A stretch of DNA of 64,000 bases from the human T2T-CHM13v2.0 reference genome, Homo sapiens, in assembly GCF_009914755.1 (NCBI RefSeq), contig NC_060932.1; one strand, 5' to 3'. How positions within the stretch are numbered: position 1 is the stretch's first letter; each line of letters opens with the position of its first letter. The notes under the pieces are model-generated. The model saw only the letters and a program-made list of their open reading frames with translations. It had not been told where the DNA came from and did no database searches. This document shows positions 11,977 to 25,835 of this stretch, piece after piece. Both the position numbers and the translations under genes were made by a program.

Positions 11977-13092
11977 AAACCTTTTTCTCTCTGACTGCAA
12001 ATTCTGTGCGCTCAGCCTATGCTCACCTCACATCATGGAGGTAACATCCCTGAATAATGCACAGCCTGGGTTCAGCGGGCTTTTATGAAGGACTGCCCAT
12101 GAACATGTCTTATTTCCTAACGTAGGCCCAAATTTTCATGAGACAGGGATCTAACTTTATTTTTGTTTGAATCACTCAGAGTACCTAAAATAATGCTGTG
12201 CATTAAATAATAATTCAATGAAATCATTTAACTAATGTTTATTAGTCACAAAACACCAAAAGTAAATATTTAGTAAGAGTGTTGTTTCTAAGCACTTCGT
12301 CCATTCATTCACTCCTTCAACAAATGCTTGTTAAGCAGATAAAAACACATATTCTATTTATGGAGTTTGTGTTCATAGATACAGAAAATGTTAGAGCTGA
12401 GGGGGAATATAAGGATCATCATGTTCGACACTCTTATTTTGCATAGGGAGAAATCCAGGTCCACAGAGCATAACTGACTGTCTTAGCTGGAAGTTTGCTA
12501 CATCAGAGCAGAAAGTCAGATTTTATGACAGGTCACTATTTTTTCCAGTGGGTCATCTGACTCTTCCCAATACATAGTAGGTGTTCCAATCCTGTTCTAA
12601 AGATGTGCTGTATGTTTAATTAAATTTGAGTTGGAAATATTAAAATGACTGCACAATTTTGTATCTTTTTGAAAATGCATATTTTTAGTGCTGTGCCCTG
12701 AAAAGACTCTAAAGCAATGATGACCCAGTAGCAATGAGCATCCTTAGCAGCCAATTAAATGGCCTGTAATAGCATTTCCAACAAAGAGGAACAAGAGATC
12801 TTTAAAGAAATAAATAACTCCTAGTTTGTGGCATTGTTTTGTGCCAGAAATCAAGAAAGCTATCAAAGACTAGCTGGGTCCTGTCAAAAGGACAATGTGA
12901 AGGGATTTTCAGTAACAAAAGAATTAGCAAAGAATGATGACTGCAGTGAATTTTACATTACAAGCTCATGGAAAATAAAATTTATTCAATAAATGAAAAC
13001 CTTTTTCTCTCTGACTGCAAGTCCTGTGTACTCAGCCTATGCTCATTTCATGTCATGGAGATAACATCCCTGATTAATGCACAGCCTGGGTT
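11977..13092 (+). repeat. 96-bp direct repeat pair (11977-12072, 12997-13092)
   Basis: Ungapped manual alignment, 86/96 identical, offset 1020 bp. Confidence 0.95.
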
Positions 13093-13900
13093 AATATAAA
13101 ATTCCATAAGCTTGCAATGCTACTTTACACAAAGAACAAAAAATACCTAATTGGTCATTATTCTGATTGCTAGAGTATCAACTATTTACTCTGAAATCTT
13201 ATAAAGGAAAAGAATTAAGCATTTATTTTGCCTTTCCTGTACAAGCTGTATCTTAGAGTTGCCAAATAGAATGCCAAGGTAATGTTCTTTAAAGAGGAAT
13301 TCCAGCCAATAAAGAATAATGGAATTAGAGAACTGCACTTGTACCACTACTAATGAAATAATGGGTTTAGGCAGATTCCCATTGGATGTTAAAACCATTA
13401 GGTGGAACTTGGTAATGGAAGGATCAGGCTGAGTCAGCATTACTAAAAAAAATATACATCATAATGGGCTGCAGTAAGAAATATGCAGCACTACCTGTGC
13501 AATATTATTGCCTAAAAAGTTAAAGCTGAATCCAATAAGGCCTTTACATCTAACTATTGATTTAGAGGAAATACAGGAGATGGAGGAATCAAATTAAACA
13601 ACCAGGAAGTAATAAGCCCATCCCAGGATATAAGAGTGTCAACACGACAAGTAGCCTGGTTTCTCCAACAAATCAACTAGAAAAAAAGGTGAGAAAGAAA
13701 TTGTTCTAGAATAAGAATTGTATATTATGTGTGGACTTTGAATCCTGATTCAAACAAACTAGTTAGAGAAAAAAAACCTTTAAACAATTGTAGAAATTTG
13801 AATATGGGAAAACTATTATGTGATATTGAAGAATTACTGTAGTTTTATTATGGCATAGTGGTGATAAAAAGTAAGTTCATTATCAGTTATAACTGTACAT
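12690..13900 (+). mobile_element. L1MC/ME-type 3' region
   Basis: ACCCAGTAGCAATGAGCATCC, GTCAAAAGGAC and TGAATCCTGATTCAAAC motifs; similar to the copy near 61310. Confidence 0.55.
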
Positions 13901-14029
13901 CAACATGAACCAATTCTCTGAATATTTGCTTTGGATTTTCTCTTGCATCCATCAACAGCTTTCCAGCACCATAATCTTGACCCCAATCGCCCTTTAAATA
14001 GTGCCTTTATTGACCTCATTTAACTTCTC

Positions 14030-14528
14030 CTTTAAACCAAACATATTTAAGAATAAATTTGGCTTCAAATTGATCATAGTGACTTGAATGGATACAGGTT
14101 TATTTTTCTTATAGAAGAAGTTTGGAGTCAGGCAATTGCCAGCTTTGATTTAACAGACAATGAATGATAGAACTGACATCTACATTTCGATTTCTTGAGC
14201 TTTCCTATGTAATAGCAAAGCAGCTGCAACCCTTAGAGCCATCACATCCATGCTCAGGTTGGGAGTATGAATAGGGGGTGTGACCAGCTGCATCTTTAAA
14301 TCACTATCAAAACAAAAACATTTCCAGGAACTTCCCCACTAGATTTCTTATTATTTCTCTTTGGCCAGATCTGAGGGGAGGCTAGGAATGTAAGTCAGGA
14401 TTGTCATGGCTGGGTTGCACTATCATAATTCAAGCCCTGGAAAAAGGCAACAGGGTGGCTCTGAACAAAACTGGAATTTGCTTAGTAATAAAGAAAAGAA
14501 ACTGGCTATTTGGGTAAGTAACTAACAC
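14030..14528 (-). mobile_element. old MLT1 (K/L-class) LTR
   Basis: GGTTTATTTTTCTTATA, GGGAGGCTAGGAATGTAAGT and terminal GGCTATTTGGGTAAGTAACTAACA. Confidence 0.45.
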
Positions 14529-14674
14529 ATATATAATAATTATCTAGATAAGTCTTTCTAAAATATCAATTTCATCAGTTCCTCTTTTTCACTGCTGTTC
14601 AAAAGTTTTCAGTTGTCCTTGCCTGAAGCAATATTCCCAAGATGGCTCTCTGGCATGCTGGTCTTGGAAGATAT

Positions 14675-15891
14675 TCCTCTCACCAAGGCTGGATTATCTA
14701 ATTACTGCCACAGCTGAATGTCCAACATGCCAAGAACAGAAACTAATGCTGCCCCTCGATATGGTAACATCACCTGAGGAGATTCAACAGTCACTCGGTG
14801 ACAACTTGATTATATCAGAATCCTTGCATCTTCAAAGGGGAACAAACGTTTTATCTCAACAGAGAGAGACATGTGTTCTAGATGTGTGTTTGCCTTTCCT
14901 GCCACACTGCCTTAGCCAGCACCATTCCTTGGGGGCTCTGATCTATTGGCATGAGATCCCTCATAATACTGCCTCAGAGCAAGGCACCTACTTAAAACAA
15001 AGGAGGGATGACAGTGGGTATATGACAGTGGGTCCTACTGACCCCACCACATATGGCACCATCTAGAAGCTATCAGCACTGGAATGGCCTCTTGAAGGGG
15101 AAGCTAAGGCTTCTGCTTAGAGATGACCCTGCAATGATGGGGTGCCATTCTTCAGGATGTGCTATATATCTTAAACCAATTACCATCATATGGTGCCCTG
15201 CCCCCAGAAGGAAGAATACATAGGTCTGAGAACCAAGACATGGAAGTAGGGGTGGCCCCACTGACCATCACTCCCAGGGACCTCCTTGAGGAATTCGTGC
15301 TTCCCATAACCACAACTTTAGGTTGTGTGGGTCTAGAAGTCCCAAGTCCTGGATAGAAAGATTCAATCGGGTGATACAGTAAGAGTTCCACTGAACTTAG
15401 AGCCAAGGCTTCTGCCTGAGCCCTTTGGGCTACTTCTGCCAGCAGACCAGCAGGAGCAGAAGGGAATGATGATACCAGCTTGAATAATTAAACCTACTCA
15501 TCATGAGGAGGTAGGACTGCAGTGACCTAATGGAGGTGGGAAGAAATATGTTGGGCACTCATGGTCAACTGGGTCACTCAGGATTTCACTAGAAATTGTC
15601 AAGTAGAGCAAATGAGGCCTAATAAGGGAATGATAGAGAGAAACTTACACCTACCCCACCCCATGCAAACCACTTACACTAGCAGAAGTTTGGCCAAGAG
15701 ATAAGGAAAATGTAGAAGGAAAGGGACTCCTGAGAGTCAGCTACAGCCTCAGGACCAACTGTAGCAGCCACTAGCCATTACTCCTAAGCTTTTCTGTAAA
15801 ATGTGACAGCCAAAAGCTGAAAGAAATTGTGCCAGAATGAAGGGAACTTAGTGTGAAAGGCAAGCAGATCTGAACAGGACCAGGGGTGAAA
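14675..15891 (+). mobile_element. ERV-L (HERV16-like) internal remnant: integrase to polypurine tract
   Basis: Degenerate ERV-L integrase text (TATAECPTCQEQ...FAFPA), ORF remnant LNQLPSYGALPPEGRIHRSENQDMEVGVAPLTITP, PPT-like CAGGGGTGAAA before the LTR. Confidence 0.8.
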
Positions 15892-16331
15892 TGCGGTAAA
15901 TGCAGTTGGAGTCCCACCAGATCCTATTCACCAGGCTGATGTCCCCATCCCCAGCTGCTGTGTTTGTTGGCTGCTACCTGCTCATAGCACCTCTTTCTCC
16001 AGAAAACTGCCTTACCATGAAGTAATGCATCTCCCTTCCTCAGGGGCTGGGGAACCACAGCCAGTGACAGGGAGTGAACAGACATGGGGATACAGCCTGG
16101 CCCCTTTTCCTCAAGGTGGGGCAACTCTGTGGTGCTGTTTGTGATCCGGAGCCCCTCGTGAGACCAAGCTGAGACTGGACTCCAGTTGAACTCACTTCCT
16201 TGGCTGGCTTCTTGACCCTCTGTTAGCCTGCTCACCTCACTCTCTGTCTCCTGAGAACATCTTGTCCAACATTTATCTTCTCAAGATTCCCCATTTTGGG
16301 GCTCTGTTTCTAGCAAACTTGATATAAGATA
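15892..16331 (+). mobile_element. LTR16A-like 3' LTR
   Basis: CCCACCAGATCC, CCCCAGCTGCTG, GGGCAACTCTGTGGTGCTG and terminal GGCTCTGTTTCTAG...TAAGATA. Confidence 0.7.
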
Positions 16332-16336
16332 CTGTC

Positions 16337-16765
16337 TGTTTTGGGTTAAATTGTGTCCCCCAAAAAGATATGTTCAAGTGCCAACCCCTGGTAGTCATGC
16401 ATGTGAACTTATTTGGAAATAGGGTCTTTTAAAATGTAATCAAGTTAAAATGAGGCCATATTGGCTTGGGATAGTTCCTAATCCAACAACTTGTGTCCTT
16501 GTAGGAGGACAGACACAGATAGACACACACAGAGGGAAGACTATCATGTTTCAATGGGAGCTGAGATTAGAGTTGCCATAAATGAGACCATCAGGGATTG
16601 CCAGCAACCACAAGAAGCTAGGGAGAAGCAAGGATGGATTCTTCCCTAGAACCTTCAGAGAGAGCATGGCCCTACCAACATGTGGATATTGGATTTCTAG
16701 CTTCCTAGTTTTAAGCCACTCGGTTTAAGATACTTTTGTTGCAGCAGCAACGGGAGCCACATACA
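16337..16765 (+). mobile_element. MLT1B-like solo LTR
   Basis: TGTTTTGGGTTAAATTGTGTCCCCCAAAAAGATATGTT...ATACA; perfect TSD CTGTC (16332-16336, 16766-16770). Confidence 0.85.
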
Positions 16766-19764
16766 CTGTCATTTGAGGTCCAACTTAGATTTCATTTTCT
16801 CTGTGAACCTCTCTCTCTATTGAGTACTGCCCCACTGACACCAGGATCTCCACAATAGCACCAGTAGCTCACATTTTCCCCTCCATTCACAGTTTCTTAC
16901 CACATGCAGCCTGGTAGTACATCTTCACTGTTTGTAGGTGCTAGACTATAAGTTCTTAGAGAGCAAAGACTAGAGATGATACTTATGCCACTTTCCCAGT
17001 TTAAGGAGTCTCTTTAGTTAGTATTATCTTTGTGATAGAAAACTCGAAAGATATTTTATTGTGCATTCCTATTTTAGCAAACGCTCCTTATGAATAAGAG
17101 ATAGAAAAAAAGTTGAGAATCATTCAAAATAAACAGTTTTTCTGTCTATGAAAGGTTTCATTTCATTTATGTGTTGGACCACTTTGGCTGGTGGGGAGGA
17201 GGGTATGCTAGAGCACTGACATAGCTAGGAAGATAGACTTTTTAAAAATGTGGACTGGTAAAAGTATCGGCAGATGCATAGAATACTTTTAAAAGTTGGC
17301 ATTTGTTAGCCTGCTTGCTGAAAAAGGTGCTAAGACTTGGTATTCTGAAGTCATCTCATTTTCAAGGCTCATGTCCTTAAATTCCTCTGGAAGCTGAAGC
17401 ATATCTAAAACAAATTCAGGTGAGTGGGAAAAGGTTATTTATAGATTTAACTGGAAAACAGAAACATGCTGGCCTCAATTTCAAACTGTTTGATTTTAGC
17501 ATCCAACAACATTTATTAATTAATGAGACATTTGCATTCTTTTTACTGTTCTCAATTCACATCTGGAATGTTTCCTTTGAGAACAAGTGTCCTACAGAAT
17601 GCCGTGATCTATTAGGACCACATTTCAGGGACTAGTCTCTTCTGATTAGACTGTTCTGGGAGGTTAGTGGAAGGGAGGCAACAAGGAGAGTACTGCTAGC
17701 CCCACAGAGCAAGAGATTAATCATATCAATAAAACAATCTCATTCTTGGGAGCTGTTGGAAATTGAAGCCTTAGTATACATTCTTCATAAACAATTTGTG
17801 AGACTGAACTTCAGGGAAGGAATTCACTGGTCAATGTGAATAACCACAAATGCTTTAAATTTAACATTTTTGCCTAGTCATCTTAAAAATAAGTCCTAAG
17901 AAAATTAAGCCTAATGTTAGTTTTCTTCTAAGTTCCCAAAGGACAGGTGGAGATGATTCAACTGTAAATTACTTGGATAACTTTAAATACAGTAAGATGG
18001 GCCATCATCAGAGTTTTGATCTGGAATACTGCAGATGGTGAGCAGAATAAAGGCAGGATCACTTACTGACATATCCAATTTTATATTTGTAATAGAATTA
18101 AAAATAAGAAACCCATTACTGATTTTCCTGGAAGATTTAATTTTGTCCCTTAAGGCTATCTTGTTTTCCTTCTTCTTCTTAAAATATGTCAAAATGTTAG
18201 CAGAATGAGGACACTGTTCTTCTGTCCTAGATGTCTTATATTCAAAATATTCAAATGTAAAATCAGATCAAAAAAGAGGTCCAGTTTAAGAAGGCAAAGA
18301 ACATGAGAACATTTAGAGTATCTAGTGTCATTCTACAAAAACCTTTTCTTTCCTCATGAGGGCCTTTGATACCCTGCCCTGGAAAACCAATACACATTAT
18401 TGTACAACTTGATAATGTGTGCATACTGCTCTGTGAGAAATTGGCAGAAAAAGTAAAGTGAAGAAATAATACTTGTAGTTATAAAGGAAAATAATAAGGT
18501 CACTGCAAGCACAATTTTTCTTTTTTCCAAGGCTCAGTGCTCATCATCTTTCTAAGATTGGATTTCATTTGCACTTTAATACTGGATGGGAAAACTTCAC
18601 GTTAGTTCTATCAGCTCACCTGCCTGTGACAATCTCAAGATCTTAATAGCTAGACCACCAAACAGGAAATAGTCTCGCAGATCAAGTTTTTGAAGCTATC
18701 AGTCCACAAACCTTGCTTGCCAAGAATATTTTCCAAAGCCTGTACAAATTTACCATTATTTTACATAAATTTAAGACAAATATTTTATGTCTTTTTATAT
18801 ACAACAGAAAATAAGATATATCTCAGGGTAAATTATTTCCATGTATCTATTGGTTTATTTGCCTTTTTTTTTTTATCATTTATTCCTTCAACTAACCCAA
18901 GTCAGGAACTGTGTTAAGTGGTGAAAATGTAAAGATGAATAATCCATTTTCCTTCAAAGAGTTCTTAGGCAAGTCGGTGGGCAACCACTTGCATCCAGTT
19001 CTAAATAGGCCAAAACAGCTCCACCCAAGTGGAAAGAAACATTTAGAGCCCTTCAGAACCACTAGGACAGTTGGCTCTGATCTCAGATAAGTGGAGAAAA
19101 CAGATCCCCACTCAACTGGGAATTTGTTCCTCTGTGCAACTTTCTAAATCTTCTTGGCTAAATCTTTGAAAGCCAAGTTCTTCATTTTCTTTCTTGTTCT
19201 CATTCCAAGAGCAGTTAACGTTGAGTTTGCTCTGCCCCAAACCCCTCTTCAAAGTGCTGGTATTTCAACTGGTTTTAAATAAACCTCAGTGTTTTGTTTT
19301 GTTTCTTTAATGCTGAGAGGAGGTGGGGGGAGGACAGGACTGCATCTCTTTCAGGAATGTTACCTGCCTGTGAGCAGAACCACTCGCTGCCTACACTCTG
19401 CTTACCCGGCCTTCAGTACCCATGCAGCTCCGCAATCCCTTATCGGGTAAGAGACAAAAAAGGCAATCAGAGCTATAGCAGCAAACTGTTTCAGCTATCA
19501 AGTCTTGCTCTAGCTAGTCTGATTCCTCTCAATTGTTTCTTCTCGATCCTTTCCACACTCACTAACCCCTCAGCTCCTGGTCTCCAAGTTTGTTTCCTCA
19601 TACAGTAGGTCAGTGGCTCTGCTAGTCTCTACTCCCTCATTCTGCTTATAGACGAAAACGTATTACAGACTTTCAGCCTCATCCTGGCATTCAAATTTCT
19701 CTGACCTTTATATTTTACTGCCTCTTTCCTAGAACTAGGTACCTTCCTTGTCCTCAGGGAGAGC

Positions 19765-19975
19765 TAACAGCATAGTGGATAGAATGAGGCTTTGCAGATA
19801 GAACTGGGTTTACTTCTTGGCTATAGCATTTCTTAGCTATGTGACTTTAAGCAAGACCAAACCTCTCTAAGCCTCAATTTCAAATACTATTACCTTACAA
19901 GGTTTCTATGAGGATGAAATGGGATAACAATTAAAAAGCACCTAGCATATAGTACAACCAATAAACAGTGGCCAT
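19765..19975 (+). mobile_element. MIR
   Basis: CAGCATAGTGGATAGAA...AGCTATGTGACTTTAAGCAAG...CTCTAAGCCTCAATTTC. Confidence 0.7.
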
Positions 19976-20389
19976 TTTATGATTATTTTTGTACACACCT
20001 TGCTTATAGCCAAGGCTGGGCATGCCCACTTTCTGGGAAGTATATATTCATTCATTTTCAGTATGCCAAGAACTGTGCAAAATCCTGACACTATAACAGT
20101 GATATATACAAGGTCCCTATCTTAAAGGAACCCTTGGATCCTTCAGAAGAGACAAGTGTGTGTACAAATTATTATGACACTTAGTTATCATACAGTGGCA
20201 GAAAGGAAGATACAGTGCTTTGGGAATAGAAAAGACTGTAGCATGCAGCTCACAAGAGCTGTTAAGTTAGAATTCCAAAAAAAAACCAGTTGTACAAAAA
20301 TTTTGCCCTGGGAGAAGCCAAATTAACACAAGCATACTTATCAACAATGAACTATAAAAGGTACACAGTAATCCCCACAATTTCCTGAG

Positions 20390-21407
20390 TGTATCAGTAA
20401 GGGTTTGGTCAGAAAATCAGAAATAATTCTAGATATTTCAAGCAAGAAGATTTTAATACACGGAACTGGGGGTACTAACAAAACTGTGCATAGAACTGGC
20501 ACAAGGGAGATCAGAGAAGACCACTGCTAGCTTTAAGGAAGTCAAGAAATTACAGCAACAAGAAACTGCTGGCAGTACTCACAGCTCTGAGGTGGGTGTT
20601 TGGCAGGAAATGTCTCTGGAGTTGACGCAAAATCTCATGCCTGCCTACTGGTGCTGGAAAACAATAATACAACTTCTGCTTCTGCTCAGCCTTCCAAATC
20701 TCATGTGAGTGCCTACATTACCCATGTCTTTATTTTCTGTTGCTTTGACATCTTGGGACCTTGTTTACCCAAGAGGCACTGCCCCTCCCAGGGTTAGCTA
20801 ATTCCTAGAGATAGCAAATAAATATCCTCTGAGCATACCTTTTAGAAACAAGCTAGCCCATCCGGACTCCATACCCCAACCACCTCCTTTATGGGAGTCT
20901 ACTACTCTGGGTCACTATCCATCTGCCCTAATCACTCCAGGCCCAGATACCAGACAACTAAGGACAGCCCCTACATCCCAGAGCCCACTGAAATTTTTCA
21001 AACTAGCCAATCCTAAACCTGTATACCCTACCCCACCTGTTCTTTCCAGTGGAAACCACAATAAAGGTTCTTGTTCACATTTCACCCTCACCACCCACCC
21101 TGCCTCTTGAGCAACTCTGGAGCTTCTCCCATGTGCTGTCCCCCAGTGGTACAACATATCCCCTCTCTTGGGATCTGTAAACAGAGCTAGCTTTTCAATG
21201 GCAATTGTATCCTTGTCTGCTGGCCTCACCATACTTGAATAACTTTAAAAACCTACATTTTAATAAAGTGCTTCCCATTGAAGAAACCTAATCTAGAATT
21301 TGCTGGCAGAAATTTTGAAAACATAGTTCCCAGGCTTCAGACTACTGGAAGAGAGAGCATGGAAAGAGAAAAAATAGTGCTGAGTTCCCAAGACACAATC
21401 CAGCACA
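20390..21407 (-). mobile_element. ancient LTR (LTR78-like) interrupted by a MER39-like LTR
   Basis: TGTATCAGTAAGGGTTTGGTCAGAAAA start and TCCAGCACA end flank an inserted ERV1 LTR. Confidence 0.4.
20724..21267 (+). mobile_element. MER39-like ERV1 LTR
   Basis: CTGCCCCTCCCAGGGTTAGCTAATTCCTAGAGATAGC, CCAGACAACTAAGGACAGCCCC, AAACTAGCCAATCCTAAACC, GGAAACCACAATAAAGG. Confidence 0.7.
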
Positions 21408-21511
21408 CTGAGCCACAAATGGGTGATAGCCATCATTTACTGTGGCTAAAGAAATAGCTCTAGTGTGGTCTGGATTACTCCATCTGAGCAGGGTTGGCTA
21501 CATTTTACTGA

Positions 21512-21856
<345 letters not shown>

Positions 21857-23112
21857 AAATATTGATTACTCATTGCTCAGATGAGCCTCTCCACACTCAC
21901 TGGTGATCTCCATAGAAGTTTTTGTGGCCTTCTTTGAGTCCTGCACACTGCTTGCCGCACACTTCACTTACTAACCAGAAAAGCTGTGCAGTGACCCAGC
22001 CCCTTAATGACCATGAATGACCCTGTTTTCTCTCTCTTCTCATTGATGTCACATATACTATAGCAATAGAAGAGAAATTAAGAAATTCTTTTGGCAGGAA
22101 AAGGCACTTCCTGCTTAAAATATGAGCTCAAAATGGATCCCTCCCGAGTACCACAACAAGTGATACTTCCTGTGCAGTATCTTTAAACTTTCCCCATCCC
22201 AATAGTGGGGTCTTGGTAGTTTTCGTGTTTAATCTCCTCCTATTGCCCTGCCACTGGCATGGACAGAAAGTTCAGAAGCTGGAGAGATTTAGGCTCAAAC
22301 ATGTGGGTTAGCCACCAATCTATGGAGAACTGTGACTATAGAAGTCTATGCTAAAACCTCTTTGAAGATGGGTATGACTTCCAGCTTTGATTTCAGTTAG
22401 AAATTGATCCCTCCTGTTGTGAACAATGTAACACACTCCCTGTACAATATGGTTAGGCATCCTATAGGGAGCAATAGTTCAGCAGTATGGGATTTTTTGG
22501 CATTTATTTATTCGAGAAATACTTATTGCTTCCTTTTCTCCTTCTTCTTTCTCTTCTCTTCCTTTTCAGAACAATTCAGTCCTAAATCCATTTTGAGGGC
22601 ATCTTCACCAGGGTGGAGGAAGTACCAAGGCCCACAGCAGGTGTCAGAGTCTGACCAGGGAGGAGGTGACCACACAGAGGGTGGGGTGGGAAGCACCTCC
22701 AGTGGGGTATGTTAGAGCTCATGTGGGGTGAGGAAAACATCAGCAAAGGAGGACATACTGCACAGGTGCCAGCTACAGCAGTGAGTAAGGCATCTCCACC
22801 TTCCGCAGTGGCCTGGCGCACTGTGTGGGAGCCCACAGGGGTGAAAGGAGCATCAGTGCAGGGAGACACAACCTGGAGTGGGGTATCAGAGTCTGAGAGG
22901 AGAAGGCGGGCATCGTGCTGGGCAGGCAGTGGGATGAGAGATTGGTTACATGAGAAGGAGGATTGATCAGCAAATATATTAAAGATAATAGATGCTGGTG
23001 TTGTCACTGTGAATGGAGAAGTAACAAACATGGAGAAGCAGAAAACTAGACCGAATCTTGTGCAGTTTGGATTAGAATGATACGTCTCAGTGAGAATTTA
23101 TTATCTTTGGGG

Positions 23113-23160
23113 TGTGTGTGTGTGTGTGTGTGTGCGTGCGTGCATGTGTGCATGTGTGCA
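23113..23160. repeat. (TG)n / TGCA mixed microsatellite
   Basis: Direct reading. Confidence 0.9.
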
Positions 23161-23741
23161 TTCTCAATGAGAGCAAGGACAATGAGCACATCCTGACATG
23201 AAACCTGTTTCTGGACACCGTTCTCCACTGAAAAGAACCCCTCTCTGGAGCAACTGCTGGTTCCAGGGCTGGGGAAAGGAAAAACTAGAGGAGTCTCAAA
23301 CATTTTCTTGTGTCTGAAAAGTAAGAATGATGATGAGACACCAAAAGTCCACAGAACAGCTTAACTCTAAACCAATGCAAACATCAAAATAAAAAATGAT
23401 AGCCACAGATCATATAACCTGTTGAATACAACAGGAAACCAAGAGTCAAAACTGATATAAAAAAAGTAAACGAAGAAATTGAAAAATGGATGAGAAAGAG
23501 GATGTATACATTGTTTCAAAGTATATCCCCCCAAATAATTTTTAGCTACAAAAGGACCAAGAGTAACTTTACAGTGGAGGAAACCGGTAGACACTACCTA
23601 AACTGAGTGATTAAAGTTAAGTTCATCATTAATGGGACACATCCCCACCTGATATCATGCAGTAAGAATAAGACCATCACTTCTGTGATATTCCTGCCAA
23701 AGATGCACAACTTGAATTTAACCTCAAGAAAACATTATATA

Positions 23742-23876
23742 GGCCGGTGCAGTGGCACACTCTTGTAATCCCAACACTTTGGGAGGCTGAGGAGGGAGGA
23801 TCACTTGAGGCCAAGAGTTTGTGACTAGCCTGGACCACATGGCAAGACCCCATCTCCACAAAAAACAAAAACAAAT
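23742..23876 (+). mobile_element. Alu left monomer (FLAM_C or AluJ left arm)
   Basis: GGCCGGTGCAGTGG...GGAGGATCACTTGAGGCCAAGAGTT...A-rich end, no right arm. Confidence 0.85.
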
Positions 23877-23877
23877 A

Positions 23878-24175
<298 letters not shown>

Positions 24176-25100
24176 AATATTAATTGTAATATTAAAAATA
24201 TTTTACAAATTCAAGGTGAGGGGCATTCTACATGATAACAGGTTTGTAATTTTCAAAAAAAAATCAAGATCATGAAAATCAAGAATATTGAGAAAATATT
24301 CCAAAGTGAGTGAGATTTTTTAAACTTGACAATTAAATGCAATGTGTGATGGACTGGTTCCTATGTGATAAAAGGACATTATTGAGGTAATTGGAGTCTG
24401 TGGATTTGATGGTAGTGATACATCAATGTTAATTTCCTGATACTGATGGTTGCATTGTGAGGATGTGGGAGAATGTTCTTGTTTGTAGAAAGCACACACT
24501 TGAGTTTCTGAGGGTGGTGGGGTATCTGGGGGCATCATTTCAAATGGTGTGGGAAATAAAGGGTTCTTCGTACTAGCAAGTTTTCTGTAAATTTGAGATT
24601 CTTTAAGAGCTTTTAAAAAATACACTTGTAAATTTAAAATAGTTTTAAATCTACAGGAAAACTGGGAAGATAATGCAGAGAGTTCCATATACCCCACACC
24701 TACTTCCCCTATTAGTAACATCTTACATTACATGTATTAGTATTGTGCACTTCTTACAATTAATGAACCAATATCAATACATTATTATTAACTAAAGCCC
24801 ATAGTTCATTCATGTTTTCTGAATTTTAGTTTTCTTTCTGTTCCAGGATAGCATGCAGGATACTCCACTACATTAGCCATCATGTGTCTTAGGCTCCTGA
24901 TAGTTTCTGAGACTTTCCTTGTTTTTCATGACCTTGACAGTTTTTAGGAGTACTGGTCAGGTATTTTGTAGAATGTCCCTCATTTGTTATTTTTCTGATG
25001 TCTCTTCTCATAAGTAGACAGGCGTTATGAGTTTTTAGTAGAACCACCACAAAGGTAAAGTGTTATTGTCACCATATCACGTCAAGAGTACATAATATCA

Positions 25101-25427
25101 GTCTGGGTGCAGTGGCTCATACCTGTAATCCCAGGAGTTTGGGAGGTTGAAGAGGGAGGATCACTTGAGCCCAGGAGATTGAGACTAGCCTGGGCAACAT
25201 AGCAAGAACTCGTCTTTGAAAAAAGTAATAATTATATATTATATATATTATATTATATAGCCAGGCATGGTGGTGGATGCCTGTAGTCTCAGCTATTCAG
25301 GAGGCTGAGATGGGAGGATTACTTGAGCCTGGGAGGTTAAGGTTGCAGTGAACCGTGATCACGCAGCTGCACTCCAGCCTGGGTGACACAGTGAGACCTC
25401 ATCTCAAAGTTTTTTTTTTTTTTTTTA
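25101..25427 (+). mobile_element. AluJ with poly-T in place of the A-tail
   Basis: GGAGGATCACTTGAGCCCAGGAG J-type diagnostics; TSD AAGAGTACATA(A/C)TATCA at 25084-25100 and 25428-25444. Confidence 0.9.
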
Positions 25428-25799
25428 AAGAGTACATACTATCAACAGAATTTATTACTCCTAATGTTAAACTTGACCACCTGGCTGAGGGACTGTTTGT
25501 CAGGTTTCTCCAATGTAAAGTCTCTTTTCCCCGGTTTCCACACAATGGGGAGTTGTGCTCCACCTCTTTGAGGACAGAATATCTACATAAATTATTTGAA
25601 ATTCTTCTGCATAGGAGATTTATCTATTCTCCCCCATTTATTTATTTACTTATTTATATCAGTATGGACTCATGGATATATATTTTATGCTCTCCAATAC
25701 TACTTTATTTTTTGCTCAAATCTTTTCAGTTGGGTCATTTGGGAGGTCTTTTAGTCAGCTCCAGTGTCCCTTTGACCCTTCAACATATTGTCATTATTG

Positions 25800-25801
<2 letters not shown>

Positions 25802-25833
<32 letters not shown>
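25802..25833. repeat. (GT)n microsatellite
   Basis: Direct reading. Confidence 0.95.

Positions 25834-25835
<2 letters not shown>

Noticed and set aside
17368-17419. Plus-strand exon candidate ending CAG|GTGAGT
   Set aside because: Good donor but short acceptor tract and no partner exons; expected by chance in 64 kb
18620-18739. Minus-strand exon candidate with CAG|GTGAGC donor
   Set aside because: Acceptor lacks a polypyrimidine tract
22582-23031. Overlapping ORFs in a GC-richer purine-skewed stretch
   Set aside because: No domain or splice-bounded structure; probably decayed repeat sequence
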